Source: Eledone cirrhosa (taxonomy: Eukaryota). Taken from it: a stretch of 64,000 nt of DNA. Shown piece by piece: positions 1-16,627 of this stretch. The notes under the pieces are model-generated. The model was given only the letters and a program-made list of their open reading frames with translations, was not told where the DNA came from and did no database searches. The stretch is taken from positions 19,530,001 through 19,594,000 of the forward strand of contig OZ024742.1 in assembly GCA_964016885.1 (NCBI GenBank), read 5' to 3'. Position 1 is the stretch's first letter; the number at the start of each line of letters is the position of its first letter. Made by a program: the position numbers and the translations under genes.

Positions 1-88
1 CCCACTAACACCCCACTCTCCAGAGCGTGAAATTAATAAACATTCGTTGTACTGCCTCTCTGTTTTGTCCCTGTTCAAATTTTTCCAT

Positions 89-90
89 TA

Positions 91-158
<68 letters not shown>

Positions 159-377
159 TGTATATATACATACATATATATATATATATATATATGCATG
201 TATATATATATACATATATATTTATATATACTTACATATGTATGTGTATATATATGTGTACATATATATGTGTGTATATATATGTATATAAATATATATA
301 TATACTTATATATACATATATATACACATATATACACACATATATATATATTTACAAATATATATATATATATATTA
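89..377. repeat. (TA)n microsatellite, degenerate
   Basis: Direct reading; source of the IYIY ORFs. Confidence 0.95.
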
Positions 378-532
378 CATTTGGAATTGAAACCTATTTT
401 TAATCGAAGTTGCAAAATAAGAAGTATCTATGTGTCTGTTTATCACTTTAAATATTGAATTGTTAGAATAATAAACCTGTCTTTATTATCCCCTAAATTG
501 GGGGGGGGGGGGCCTTACTCCGTTTGGGTTTG

Positions 533-716
533 ATAATTGTTTCTACTTTTGGCACAAGGCCAGCAATTCACCAGTACATTACTGGTACTTTATTTTATCG
601 ACCACGTAGGGATGTAAGGCAAAGTTAACCTCGGCAGGATTTGAACTCAGTTCGTAAAGGGACGTAACTGTGCTGCAAAGCATGACGTCCGACCCTCCAC
701 CGATACTGCCAATCCA
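533..716 (-). mobile_element. tRNA-derived SINE, family A (probably Meta-domain type)
   Basis: Reverse complement of the copy at 53795-53980: TGGATTGGCAGTATCGGT A-box head, GAGTTCAAATCC B-box, GGTTAACTTTGCCTT..GGTCGATAAAATAAAGTACCAG body, GTAGAAACAATTAT tail. Confidence 0.85.
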
Positions 717-1010
717 GGTTTAATAATGAAGCTATGTCTCTTTATTCTCCCCTAAATTGGAGGGGGGTACTCCGTTTGGGTTTAATAATGAAGCTATATG
801 TCTTTATTCTCTCCTAAATTGGAGGGGGGTACTCCGTTTGGGTTTAATAATGAAGCTATATGTCTTTATTCTCCCCTAAATTGGAGGGGGGTACTCCGTT
901 TGGGTTTAATAATGAAGCTATATGTCTTTATTCTCTCCTAAATTGGAGGGGGGTACTCCGTTTGGGTTTAATAATGAAGCTATGTGTCTTTGTTCTCCCC
1001 TAAATTGGGG
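717..1010. repeat. ~62-bp tandem repeat, ~4.5 copies
   Basis: Unit GGTTTAATAATGAAGCTATATGTCTTTATTCTCCCCTAAATTGGAGGGGGGTACTCCGTTTG; a further partial unit lies at ~478-535, before the SINE. Confidence 0.9.
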
Positions 1011-1133
1011 TTTACCCCGTCTGTTCAACTATAATATCTCCCTTACATCACACCTATTACAGTAATCTGCTAAGATATTTACCAGATTAGATTATTACGC
1101 CTACATCCTTAATGCATTAATTGTTTTACACAT

Positions 1134-3805
1134 TATCATCACCATCACCATCACCATCACCACCATCACCACTACCGCCATCACCATCAGCATCACTACC
1201 ACCACTACCACCATCACCACTAGCACCACTACCGCTATCGCCACTACCAACACCACCACTACCAACACCACCACTACCAACACCACCACTACGACCATCA
1301 CCACTAGGACCACTACCGCCATCGCCACTACCAACACCACCACAACCATCCACAAACACTACCAACAACACCACTACCAACACAACCACCACTACCAACA
1401 ACACCAGTACCAACACCGCCACTACCAACACCACCACTACCACCATCACCACTACCAACACAACCACTACCACTACCACCACTACCACCACCACTACTAC
1501 CAACACCACCACTACTAACATCACCACTACCTCCACCACCATTACCAACACCACTACTACCAACACCACCACTACCAACACTACCACTACCAACACCACC
1601 ACTACCAACACCACCACTACCAACACCACCACTACCAGCACCACCACTACCAACACCACCACTACCAACACCACCACTACCACCATCGCCACTACCGCCA
1701 TCGCCACTACCAGCACCACCACTACCAACACCACCACTACCACCACCACCACTACCAATACCACCACTACCAACACCACCACTACCAACACCACCACTAC
1801 CAGCACCACCACTACCAACACCACCACTACCAACACCACCACTACCAATACCACCACTACCACCACCACCACTACCAACACCACCACTACCAGCACCACC
1901 ACTACCAACACCACCACTACCAACACCACCACTACCACCATCGCCACTACCGCCATCGCCACTACCAGCACCACCACTACCAACACCACCACTACCACCA
2001 CCACCACTACCAACACCACCACTACCAACACCACCACTACCAACACCACCACTACCACCATCACCACTACCAACACCACCACTACCACCACCACCACTAC
2101 CAACACCACCACTACCAACACCACCACTACCACCACCACCACTACCAACACCACCACTACCAACACCACCACTACCAACACCACCACTACCACCATCACC
2201 ACTACCAACACCACCACTACCACCACCACCACTACCAACACCACCACTACCAACACCACCACTACCAACACCACTACTACCAACACCACTACTACCAACA
2301 CCATCACTACCAACACCACCACTACCACCACCACCACTACCAACACCACCACTACCACTACCAATACCACCACTACCACCACCACCACTACCAACACCAC
2401 CACTACCACCACCACCACTACCAACACCACCACTACCACCATCACCACTACCACCACCACCACTACCAACACCACCACTACCAACACCACCACTACCACC
2501 ATCACTACTACCAACACCACCACTACCAACACCACCACTACCAACACCACCACAACCAACACCACCACTACCACCATCACCACTACCACCACCATCACTA
2601 CCAACACCACCACTACCAACACCACCACTACTAACACCACCACTACCACCACCACCACTACCAACACCACCACTACCAACATCACCACTACCAACACCAC
2701 CACTACCAACACCACCACTACCACCATCACCACTACCACTACCAACACCACCACTACCAACACCACCACTACTAACACCACCACTACCACCACCACCACT
2801 ACCAACACCACCACTACCAACATCACCACTACCAACACCACCACTACCAACACCACCACTACCACCACCACCACTACCACCACCATCACTACCAACACCA
2901 CCACTACCAACACCACCACTACTAACACCACCACTACCACCACCACCACTACCACCATCGCCACTACCAACATCACCACTACCAACACCACCACTACCAA
3001 CACCACCACTACCACCATCACCACTACCACCATCACCACTACCAACACCACCACTACCAACACCACCACTACCAACACCACCACTACCACCACCACCACT
3101 ACCACCATCACCACTACCAACATCACCACTACCAACACCACCACTACCAACACCACCACTACCACCATCACCACTACCACCATCACCACTACCAACACCA
3201 CCACTACCACCACCACCACTACCAACACCACCACTACCAACATCACCACTACCAACACCACCACTACCAACACCACCACTACCACCACCACCACTACCAC
3301 CACCATCACTACCAACACCACCACTACCAACACCACCACTACTAACACCACCACTACCACCACCACCACTACCACCATCACCACTACCAACATCACCACT
3401 ACCAACACCACCACTACCAACACCACCACTACCACCATCACCACTACCACCACCATCACTACCAACACCACCACTACCAACACCACCACTACTAACACCA
3501 CCACTACCAACACCACCACCACCAACACCACCACTACCAACACCACCACTACCAACACCACCACTACCACTACCACCACCACCACTACCAACACCACCAC
3601 TACCAACACCACCACTACCAACACCACCACTACCAACACCACCACTACCACCATCGCCACTACCGCCATCGCCACTACCAACACCAACACTACCACCACC
3701 ACCACTACCAACACCATCACTACCAACACCACCACTACCAACACCACCACAACCAATACCACCACTACCAACACCACCACTACCATCATAATCACCATCA
3801 TCTCC

Positions 3806-3839
<34 letters not shown>

Positions 3840-3980
3840 TCATCACCACCACCACCACCATCATCACCATCATGCTCGTCACCAGCACCACTACCACCAC
3901 CACCATCAACCACCACCATCGCCACCACCACATCCCTTACCACCACCACCACCACATCCCTTACCATCACCGCCGCCACT
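1134..3980. repeat. Trinucleotide-based 15-bp minisatellite (ACCAACACCACCACT)n
   Basis: Direct reading; yields poly-T, poly-V and poly-G ORFs in several frames. Confidence 0.95.
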
Positions 3981-4139
3981 GATAACATCATACTGAAAAG
4001 AACTTCCAGCAAAACATTTCACGATTAAATTAAATTTGTTTTAAAAAGGAAACTTGAATTGTTTTGATAATCTTTTATCTATTTATATATATATTTATTT
4101 ATATGTATTTATTTATAAATATATATATTTATATATATA

Positions 4140-5172
4140 TAACTTTGAATAACTTTGAAATGTTTTGGCCAGTATTGGCCCAGGCCATGTCTAACTTAAT
4201 AGCACCACCTGGCGAAGTCTTTCAATTCAGGATTTGGGCACCATGGCCCATTCGAGAAGAGAATTACTGTTTGCGGAGACATATCCGGGTGTGGGTGGTT
4301 TGTCCGGGATTACTTGGAGGAATTTGTCCAAAGACTTCTTGAATTTTGTGTGGTCAGTTTCTGTTTTGACGTGTCCTGGTGTGATGTTGAAGAGAGCAGG
4401 GCCAATTGAGGTGAAATAAGTGTGCCGTATTGTTGTTATGAGTTGCGATTTAGATTTTTGTATGGGACGGATAGCACGGGGCCCAAGCCTTGGGTGTATC
4501 TTGAAGGCGATGCCAACATCATTTGGGCAGTGATGATGGAACATTTTCCACATCATGCAGATAATATAACGCTCACGGCGACGTTGGAGTGAGTAAAGTT
4601 TCAGCTTTTCTAGTCGACCCCAGTAGTCAAGGTCTGACATGCCATCTATCTTTTTCGTGATTGCCCTTTGAGGAGCTTCAAGTTTCATGATACTTTGTTT
4701 CGTGTGGGGAGACCACAGTGGACAACAGTATTCAAGGTGTGGTCGGGCAAAAGTAGAGAAGAGAAGGATAATGGTGTGGGAATCTCTCGACTGGAAGGTT
4801 CTGAGGATCCAGGAACACATTCTGCGGGCCATGTCAACTTTGCTGCTTATATGCGTGGCCCAGCTTATGTTGCTGTCCACGGTTACTCCCAAGTCTCTGA
4901 TGTTGTTAGATGCCACGAGAGTTTCCCCGGAGTGAAGGGAGTACGGGAGTTTCAGAGCATCCTCTTTTCCAAAGTGGATCAGTTCGAATTTGTCTTCGTT
5001 CAGTAACATGTTGTTCTTTTCCGCCCATTGGGTAACAGCCAGTAGGTCTGACTGAAGGCTTATCCGGTCATCCACGCCATTGATGACCTTTTGGAGCTTG
5101 GAATCATCAGCGAAAATTTTAATGTTGCTGTGTTTGATGATGTCAGTGATGTCATTAATATAGATGATGAAA
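4140..5172 (-). mobile_element. 5'-truncated CR1/L2-group LINE (RT C-terminal half and 3' UTR)
   Basis: The frame of ORF 4227-5075 extends upstream as FIIYINDI...IKIFADDSKL; it contains RDLGV, RPHLEYCCPLWSP and LYSLQRRRER; the 3' end has a duplicated TTCAAAGTTA tail. Confidence 0.9.
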
Positions 5173-5214
5173 TTAACGAAGAGAAAATAATGTAAAGTTA
5201 AGGTTTGTATATTG

Positions 5215-5385
5215 AAGGGTTTAATAATATGTGCGATGAAAAGAAATTGTTAATATGTATTAAGAATAATATTTAAGGGTTTAATAATATGTGCGATGGA
5301 AAGAAAATGTTAATATGTATTAAGAATAATATTTAAGGGTTTAATAATATGTGCGATGGAAAGAAAATATTGATATGTATTATTA
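5215..5385. repeat. 60-bp tandem repeat, ~3 copies
   Basis: AAGGGTTTAATAATATGTGCGATG recurs at 5215, 5275 and 5335. Confidence 0.9.
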
Positions 5386-5807
5386 AAAAAACAAAAGTAA
5401 TGTAAGTACGGATATATTGTGAGATGAGTTAGATGAAAGGGAGAAAAAAATAATGAATTGAGGATGAATAATCTAACGTCAAAAAAATGTGTTTATGTTT
5501 ACGAAGGATTTTTTCAAGGTGATATAAAGTAAGAATATATTGTATAGTGTAATAATTGTTTCTATGTTAGGCACAGTGAGAAAAAGGTACAGATTAGGGG
5601 TTAGAAATTAAAAGAAAAAGAAAAGGAAAAGGAAAAGGAAGAAAGGGAAGTGATAAATAGGAGTGATATAGAATGAGTAACAAGTATTATATAATGTATA
5701 ATAAATAACTTTGAAATAAGGTAGAAAGATGGGTATATTTTTAAAGAAGTATATATATAAATATGTGCCTTTGAGAAAAGGATTCTAAATTGATAAAGTA
5801 TTGGATA

Positions 5808-6408
5808 TTAGCTGTATACTTTATGGAATGTTCTGTGGAATTTATGCAAGCAGAGAGAAAACAAGTCAGTGCGTCTGTTTATTATAGAATTTAAATTAGA
5901 TATAATGGTAAATGTTTCATTTAGACAGAGATTGCAAGTCTTGGATAGAGAACTGTTCAAGTAGAGAGAAGCAGAAGAAACCTTTTTCCAAGAGATGTTA
6001 TATTTAATATTTTTGTCTTTCAAGGACCATATGAGTTCTGAGAAAGCCGTGTTGGTTCTTTTAAGTTGGTATTTAAAAGACGAATGATGATTATAAAGAC
6101 GAGCTTTAAAGGAGGTGGAAGTGGAGCCAAAATAGGTGAAGGAATTGGTGTCAGTTATAACTTTACATTCGTAGATTAAGTTTTTATCAAGACAATGGTT
6201 GTTGAGAGGACATTTATTTTTAACAGGGCAATTGCAATTGCGATTAGAGAGATTATTAACGAGTGACCTAGTGTTATCTATAGAAGGAATTGGATTGGAG
6301 AAGTTATTTGCGATAGGAATAATAGTTTCTTGATTTAGAATGGGATTAAGAACATTTAGCGAAGTTGTGTTTGACGTTGTATTTGGGTTTGCAGAAATTA
6401 ACCTAGAG
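5808..6408 (-). mobile_element. Truncated Penelope-like element, GIY-YIG endonuclease domain (probably Hydra clade)
   Basis: CNCx5CPLxxxC-LIY..YFGST..FKARLYNH..IWSLK..CNLCLNE..NRR..CLH pattern; clade assignment is from recalled motifs, not a tree. Confidence 0.75.
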
Positions 6409-7310
<902 letters not shown>

Positions 7311-8070
7311 CTTATCTATTTATCTTTTTTTGTTTATTATTTTATTATATTTATATATTTTATTTTTATTTTTCTCATTAAATCTTTGCGTTTCCGTTCT
7401 ATTATTAAACAGCGGGTTTCTCTTTGTTCTTAATTCATTGTTGTAGAAGGAGTAAATGTCTTTTGAAGAGCCGGATAATTTTGTTAAGGCTAGCCTTGCC
7501 TCGAGTCTTTTAAGTCAGTCTTAGTAGGAGCAAACATCGACCGAGTAATGTAATTATGTGCAGCAGCTAGCTAAATTAACCTTGCCTGGGGTCTACCAGT
7601 GTTGGTATGAACAGACATTGACAGAGCTATGTCACAACGTGCAGCTAAATCTGTATTCTGTCTTTTTTGTCAGTCGTGATATGAGCAGATATCGGCAGAG
7701 TAATGCAACAATGTGCTGGTGGCCAGCCTTTCCTCACGTCCATCAAGTATGTCGTAGCATGAACAGATATCTACAGAATTATGTCACATTATGATGCTAG
7801 CTATCTCTGTCTTGGTATGAACAGGTATTAACAAAATTATGTCACAATGTACAGCTAGCTCTCTTTGTCTTTTCTATGAACAGTCATCTACATACCAGAA
7901 GGTGCAGTTGTCTAAGCGTTGGTATAAGCAGGCAATGACAAAGCTATGTCACAATATTATGCCTGCTGACTATCTTGGTATGAGCAGACATTGATAAGGC
8001 TAAGTCTTGGTGGGATGTTAACTGTCTCTGTTTTGGTATGTGCAGGAATTGACAAAGTTATGTTACAATA

Positions 8071-8239
8071 TAATTGTTTCTACTTTTGGCACAAGGCCAG
8101 CAATTATCCAGTACATTACTGGTACTTATTTTATCGATGAAAGGCAGAGTTAACCTCGGCGGGATTTGAACTCAGAAGGGAAAGGGCCGTAACTCTATGC
8201 GTCAAAGCATGGCGTCCGACGCTCTACCGATACTGCCAA
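8071..8239 (-). mobile_element. SINE family A
   Basis: Matches 533-716; flanked by ATGTTACAATATAAT direct repeats. Confidence 0.85.
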
Positions 8240-8250
8240 ATGTTACAATA

Positions 8251-8313
8251 TAATTGTTTCTACTTTAGGCACAAGGCCAGCAATGACCCAGTTCATTACT
8301 GGTACTTTATTTT
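8251..8313 (-). mobile_element. SINE family A, 5'-truncated
   Basis: Tail portion only, same flanking repeat. Confidence 0.8.
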
Positions 8314-9987
8314 ATGTTACAATATAATGCTTGTTGTCTCTATCTTTATATGAACAAACCTCGTCAGAGCGAAGTGACAATGTGATAATACTAGCTGTCT
8401 CTATCTTTCTATGAACAAACCTCGACAGGATAAGGCCCAATGTGATACTAGCTGTCTCTATCTTTCTATGAACAAACCTCGACAGGATAAGGCCCAATAT
8501 GATACTAGCTGTCTCTATCTTTATATGAACAAACCTCGTCAGAGCGAAGTGACAATGTGATACTAGCTATCTCTATCTTTCTATGAACAAACATCGGCAG
8601 AGCTATGCAACAATTCGCTGCAGCTTTAATTTTTTATGTACCACCGCATTCCTTTAACATCATCGACAAAACATAAACCAGCAGGTGGTAGAACAATCTC
8701 AACTGTATCAACCCTTACACATGATATTCTGGTTTATCTAAAAACCAGCATACAGCTTCTTCCAGCAACATTTTTATGACTTAATTGAAAACATCAAAAG
8801 TATTTAGGCAAAACACCACACACATTCACATATACACATTTCAAAGTTATGTTTGAGGATATATATATTTATATTTGCGAATATATATTTATGTCTGTGA
8901 ATAGAATTTTGGTATTTTCATTTAACTCCCAATGTCATGTTTATCAGTTTAAACAGCAAAGTTTAACATTTCACATAGAATAATACAGAGCAGTGAATAA
9001 AGACGGATGCCGGGATGTTTTTCTACATAAATAGCTGATTAGAAATCTCTTCAACTCTCCAAGCATATGTTTACTGAGTCAATATTTCATTGGATCTACT
9101 GCTTCACCTCTTTTCTATTATCCCACTATAAACGGACACCTAGGGATTTGTCAGAAACATTACGAGGAAGTCTGCTTAAATCATTTACTAATCCTCGCTG
9201 AAGAAACACTGGAAATAATTTTTATTATATCATTTTTTTCCTCGTGTAAGTGACCGTAGAGTTAATACGTGAGACAAAATCTGGAATAAATGAATAAAAA
9301 GAATTGTAAGAAATACTCGAGTAAAAATAACATCATCGCCAACTTGGCAATAACTTTCTATCTTTCCTGAAGTATCCCTTAGTTTTATGATCCTCCCCGG
9401 TTTACTTCCCATGGTAAATTCCCAGATTCTCGTTGGGTTTTCTACATGTTTTCAAAGTATTATAACCGCCAATATTTATCTAAGGCGTCTGGAAAATAAA
9501 CATTCCGTTATCTTATCTAAGTTGAGGTAAAGCCATTAGTACAAGACAATGTCCAGAGTTAAGGAAACAAACTATACTATGTATTCACTGTGTGGCTTTA
9601 TGTTGGTTAATATTTAGAATATAAATATTATCTGTGGAGCCGGCATAGTGGTAGTGTACGGCTGTAGCACCACAACTGTCATCGTATTGAATAACTCCAC
9701 AGATTCCAATCCCTGGTAGAATCCCCTCACTTAACAAATAGATAGATAGAAAAACAGACAGATAGACAGACAGACAGATGGACAGACAGATAGATAGTGA
9801 GAAAGAAAGAAAGAAAGAAGGGTGGTGTGTTAGGAGACGTGGATAAATATCAGGTTTGGTGTTTTTACAACAATAATTTGTCATTTTTTATCAACTTTCA
9901 AATTGAAATTTAACTGTAGTTTACATGTCGGAGATGGTTGACATAAAATAGATACCTGTAATATACTGAGGTCAATCTAATTAACAA

Positions 9988-12900
9988 TACCCATACATAC
10001 ATACACCTCTTATACACATACATACACCTTTTATACACACACACACATACACATCTTATACACACACATACATACACCTCTTATACCCATACATACACCT
10101 CTTATACACATACAAACATACACCTCTTATACACACACATACATACACCTCTTATACACATACATAGATACACCTCTTATAACCACACATACACCTCTTA
10201 TACACACACATACATACACTTCTTATACACACACATACATACACCTCTTATACACACACATACATACACCTCTTATACACATACATAGATACACCTCTTA
10301 TAACCACACATACACTTCTTATACACACACATACATACAGCTCTTATACACATACATACATACACCTCTTATAACCACACATACACCTCTTATACACACA
10401 CATACATACACCTCTTATACACATACATAGATACACCTCTTATAACCACACATACACCTCTTATACACACACATACATACACTTCTTATACACACACATA
10501 CATACACTTCTTATACACACACATACCTACACCTCTTATACACATACATAGATACACCTCTTATAACCACACATACACCTCTTATACACACACATACATA
10601 CACCTCTTATACACATACATACATACACCTCTTATACCCACACATACATACACCTCTTATACACATACATACATAAACCTCTTATACCCACACATACATA
10701 CACCTCTTATACCCATACATACATACACCTCTTATACCCACACATACATACACCTCTTATACCCACACATACATACATCTCTTATACACATATATACATA
10801 CACCTCTTATACCCACACATACATACACCTCTTATACACATACATACATACACCTCTTATACACATACATACATACACCTCTTATACCCACACATACATA
10901 CACCTCTTATACACATACATACATTCACCTCTTATACACACACATACATACACCTCTTATACACACACATACATACACCTCTTATACCCACACATACATA
11001 CACCTCTTATACACACACACATACATACACCTCTTATACACATGCATACATACACCTCTTATACACATACATACATACACCTCTTATACACATACATACA
11101 AACACCTCTTATACCCACACATACATACACCTCTTATACACATACATACACCTCTTATACACACACATACATACACCTCTTATACACACACATACACCTC
11201 TTATACCCATACATACATACACCTCTTATACCCACACATACATACACCTCTTATACACATACATACATACACCTCTTATACCCACACATACATACACCTC
11301 TTATACACATACATACACCTCTTATACACAAACATACATACACCTCTTATACACACACATACACCTCTTATACCCATACATACATACACCTCTTATACCC
11401 ACACATACATACACCTCTTATACCCATACATACATACACCTCTTATACCCACACATACATACACCTCTTATACACATACATACATACACCTCTTATACAC
11501 ACACATACATACACCTCTTATATCCACACATACATACATCTCTTATACACATACATACATACACCTCTTATACCCACACATACATATACATCTTATACAC
11601 ATACATACATACACCTCTTATACACATACATACATACACCTCTTATACCCACACATACATACACCTCTTATACACATACATACATACACCTCTTATACAC
11701 ACACATACATACACCTCTTATACACACACATACATACACCTCTTATACCCACACATACATACACCTCTTATACACACACATACATACACCTCTTATACAC
11801 ATACATAGATACACCTCTTATAACCACACATACACTTCTTATACACACACATACATACACCTCTTATACACATACATACATACACCTCTTATAACCACAC
11901 ATACACCTCTTATACACACACATACATACACCTCTTATACACATACATAGATACACCTCTTATAACCACACATACACTTCTTATACACACACATACATAC
12001 ACCTCTTATACACATACATACATACACCTCTTATAACCACACATACACCTCTTATACACACACATACATACACCTCTTATACACATACATAGATACACCT
12101 CTTATAACCACACATACACCTCTTATACACACACATACATACACTTCTTATACACACACATACATACACTTCTTATACACACACATACATACACCTCTTA
12201 TACACATACATAGATACACCTCTTATAACCACACATACACCTTATACACACACATACATACACCTCTTATACACATACATACATACACCTCTTATACCCA
12301 CACATACATACACCTCTTATAGCCATACATACATACACCTCTTATACCCACACATACATACACCTCTTATACCCACACATACATACATCTCTTATACACA
12401 TATATACATACACCTCTTATACCCACACATACATACACCTCTTATACACATACATACATACACCTCTTATACACATACATACATACACCTCTTATACCCA
12501 CACATACATACACCTCTTATACACATACATACATTCACCTCTTATACACACACATACATACACCTCTTATACACACACATACATACACCTCTTATACCCA
12601 CACATACATACACCTCTTATACACACACATACATACACCTCTTATACACATGCATACATACACCTCTTATACACATACATACATACACCTCTTATACACA
12701 TACATACAAACACCTCTTATACCCACACATACATACACCTCTTATACACATACATACACCTCTTATACACACACATACATACACCTCTTATACACACACA
12801 TACACCTCTTATACCCATACATACATACATCTCTTATACCCACACATACATACACCTCTTATACACATACATACATTCACCTCTTATACACACACATACA

Positions 12901-15665
12901 TACACCTCTTATACACACACATACATACACCTCTTATACCCACACATACATACACCTCTTATACACACACATACATACACCTCTTATACACATGCATACA
13001 TACACCTCTTATACACATACATACATACACCTCTTATACACATACATACAAACACCTCTTATACCCACACATACATACACCTCTTATACACATACATACA
13101 CCTCTTATACACACACATACATACACCTCTTATACACACACATACACCTCTTATACCCATACATACATACACCTCTTATACCCACACATACATACACCTC
13201 TTATACACATACATACATACACCTCTTATACCCACACATACATACACCTCTTATACACATACATACACCTCTTATACACACACATACATACACCTCTTAT
13301 ACACACACATACACCTCTTATACCCATACATACATACACCTCTTATACCCACACATACATACACCTCTTATACCCATACATACATACACCTCTTATACCC
13401 ACACATACATACACCTCTTATACACATACATACATACACCTCTTATACCCACACATACATACACCTCTTATACACATACATACATACACCTCTTATACAC
13501 ACACATACATACACCTCTTATATCCACACATACATACATCTCTTATACACATACATACATACACCTCTTATACCCACACATACATATACATCTTATACAC
13601 ATACATACACCTCTTATATACATACATACATACACCTCTTATACCCACACATACATACACCTCTTATACACATACATACATACACCTCTTATACACACAC
13701 ATACATACACCTCTTATACACACACATACATACACCTCTTATACCCACACATACATACACCTCTTATACCCACACATACATACACCTCTTATACACATGC
13801 ATACATACACCTCTTATACACATACATACATACATACACCTCTTATACACATACATACATACACTTCTTATACCCACACATACATACACCTCTTATACAC
13901 ATACATACACCTCTTATACACATGCATACATACACCTCTTATACACATACATATATACACCTCTTATACACATACATACATACACCTCTTATACACACAC
14001 ATACATTCACCTCTTATACACACACATACACCTCTTATACCCATACATACATACACCTCTTATACACATACATACATACACCTCTTATACCCACACATAC
14101 ATACACCTCTTATACCCACACATACATACACCTCTTATACACATACATACATACACCTCTTATACACATACATACATACACCTCTTATACACACACATAC
14201 ATACACCTCTTATACACACACATACACCTCTTATACCCATACATACATACACCTCTTATACACATACATACATACACCTCTTATACACACACATACATAC
14301 ACCTCTTATACACACACATACACCTCTTATACCCATACATACATACACCTCTTATACACACACATACATACACCTCTTATACCCACACATACATACACCT
14401 CTTATACACATACATACATACACCTCTTATACACATACATACATACACCTCTTATACACACACATACATACACCTCTTATACACATACATACATACACCT
14501 CTTATACACATACATACATACACCTCTTATACCCACACATACATACACCTCTTATACCCACACATACATACACCTCTTATACCCACACATACATACACCT
14601 CTTATACACATACATACATACACCTCTTATATCCACACATACATACACCTCTTATACACACACATACATACACCTCTTATACCCATACATACATACACTT
14701 CTTATACACACACGTACATACACCTCTTATACCCACACATATATACACATCTTATACACATACATACATACACTTTTTATACCCACACATACATACATCT
14801 CTTATACACATACATACATACACCTCTTATACACATACATACATACACCTCTTATACCCATACATACATACACTTCTTATACCCACACATACATACACCT
14901 CTTATACCCATACATATATACACTTCTTATACCCATACATACACATATTATACCCACACATACATACACCTCTTATACACATACATACATACACCTCTTA
15001 TACCCACACATACATACACCTCTTATACCCACACATACATACACCTCTTATACCCATACATATATACACTTCTTATACCCATACATACATACACCTCTTA
15101 TACCCACACATACATACACCTCTTATACCCATACATATATACACTTCTTATACCCACACATACATACACCTCTTATACCCACACATACATACACCTCTTA
15201 TACACATACATACATACACCTCTTATACCCACACATACATACACCTCTTATACACATACATACATACACCTCTTATACCCACACATACATACATCTCTTA
15301 TACCCATACATACATACACCTCTTATACACATACATACATACACCTCTTATGCACATACATACATACACCTCTTATACCCACACATACATACACCTCTTA
15401 TACCCACACATACATACACCTCTTATACCCACACATACATACACCTCTTATACACATACATACATACACCTCTTATACACACACATACATACACCTCTTA
15501 TACCCACACATACATACACCTCTTATACACATACATACATACACCTCTTATACCCACACATACATACACCTCTTATACACATACATACATACACCTCTTA
15601 TACACACACATACATACACCTCTTATACCCATACATATATACACTTCTTATACCCATACATACAC
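9988..15665. repeat. 25-bp (with 21-bp variants) minisatellite ACACCTCTTATACACACACATACAT, ~5.7 kb
   Basis: Direct reading; source of the HTYTSY ORFs. Confidence 0.95.
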
Positions 15666-15900
15666 CTGCTGAGGCCCTAAGTTATATGAAATTCGAGGAC
15701 CCTCTCTAAAAAGATTCGAGTATAAACATTTTATATAATTATACATGATTATTATTTATTAATGATTACAAAATTAAATTAGTTACAAAATGTTCCTTTT
15801 AACAAATTAATTGATTTATTCCATTTGTCGCATAGAAAAATTAGAATATTTTTTTTTAATAAGTTATAGTTTATTTAGCTTATAGGTAAGTCCAGTACTG
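15662..15900 (-). mobile_element. hAT-like MITE family M, partial
   Basis: Ends match copies at 39173-39786, 43253-43911 and 55306-56244 (CAGTACTGGACTTACCTAT terminus). Confidence 0.7.
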
Positions 15901-15976
15901 TCTCTGAGGTCTGTCCCTAGGCGGCAGTCTACTTAGCCTTAACTGTAGCGCCGGTCCTGCGTACATATATCTAGAG

Positions 15977-16163
15977 CAGCGTTTCTCAACGGTGTTCCCC
16001 AGAACCTGATGCGTCCGCAAGAGGTCGCTAGGGATTCCGCGAGAAACAGAAAAAGATGTATGAGTTACTTACAATGGTGTGTAATAATTTTTATGAAGGA
16101 GTTCCCTAAGACATAAAAACTATTTCAAGAGTTCGACAAGGGTAAAAAGGTTGAGAAGCGCTG
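15977..16163. mobile_element. hAT (Charlie-like) MITE
   Basis: TIRs CAGCGTTTCTCAAC / GTTGAGAAGCGCTG; flanks ATCTAGAG / ATCTAATG resemble an 8-bp TSD. Confidence 0.8.
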
Positions 16164-16255
16164 ATCTAATGAGCTAATCTATTTCTGTTTGTGAATTTTT
16201 AATAAACATAATTTTTTTTAAAATTATTTTTGTTTGTGTCTGAAACAATTATAGA

Positions 16256-16625
16256 AATCATCATCATCATCATTATCAAATTCATCATTATCATCATCAT
16301 TGAAATTATCATTATCATCACCATTATCAACATGATTATCACAGTAACCATTATCATCAACTTCACATTCACCATTTCTTCACACCGTCATCATCAGCCT
16401 CACCTTCATGTCACCATTTCTTTACACTGTCATCATCAGCATCATCATCATCATCAGCATCACCATAACGTCACCATTTTCTTTACACTGTCATCATCAT
16501 CAAAACCATTATTTTATCATTGCCGTTGCCATCAGCATTTTCATCACAATCATCATCATCATCATCATTATCACACTCACCATTATCATCACAATCATCA
16601 TCACAATCACCATTATCATCGTCAT
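16256..16625. repeat. (ATC)n degenerate microsatellite
   Basis: Direct reading. Confidence 0.9.
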
Positions 16626-16627
16626 TG

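Larger units (their letters stand above)
7550..8610. repeat. Diverged ~60-bp tandem repeat interrupted by SINEs
   Basis: TATGAACA..GACA.AGCTATGTCACAAT..CTAGCT.TCTCT recurs at ~60-bp spacing. Confidence 0.75.

Noticed and set aside
1121-3982. Mucin-like Thr-rich 953-aa protein
   Set aside because: A trinucleotide-based repeat open in several frames on both strands, with no signal peptide or domain; an exon cannot be strictly excluded without RNA data.
8620-9580. Unique sequence as a host exon (also 52270-52790)
   Set aside because: No convincing ORF, splice-site pair or recognisable motif.
11042-15709. His/Tyr/Thr-rich ORFs
   Set aside because: Translations of a 25-bp repeat that cycle through all frames.
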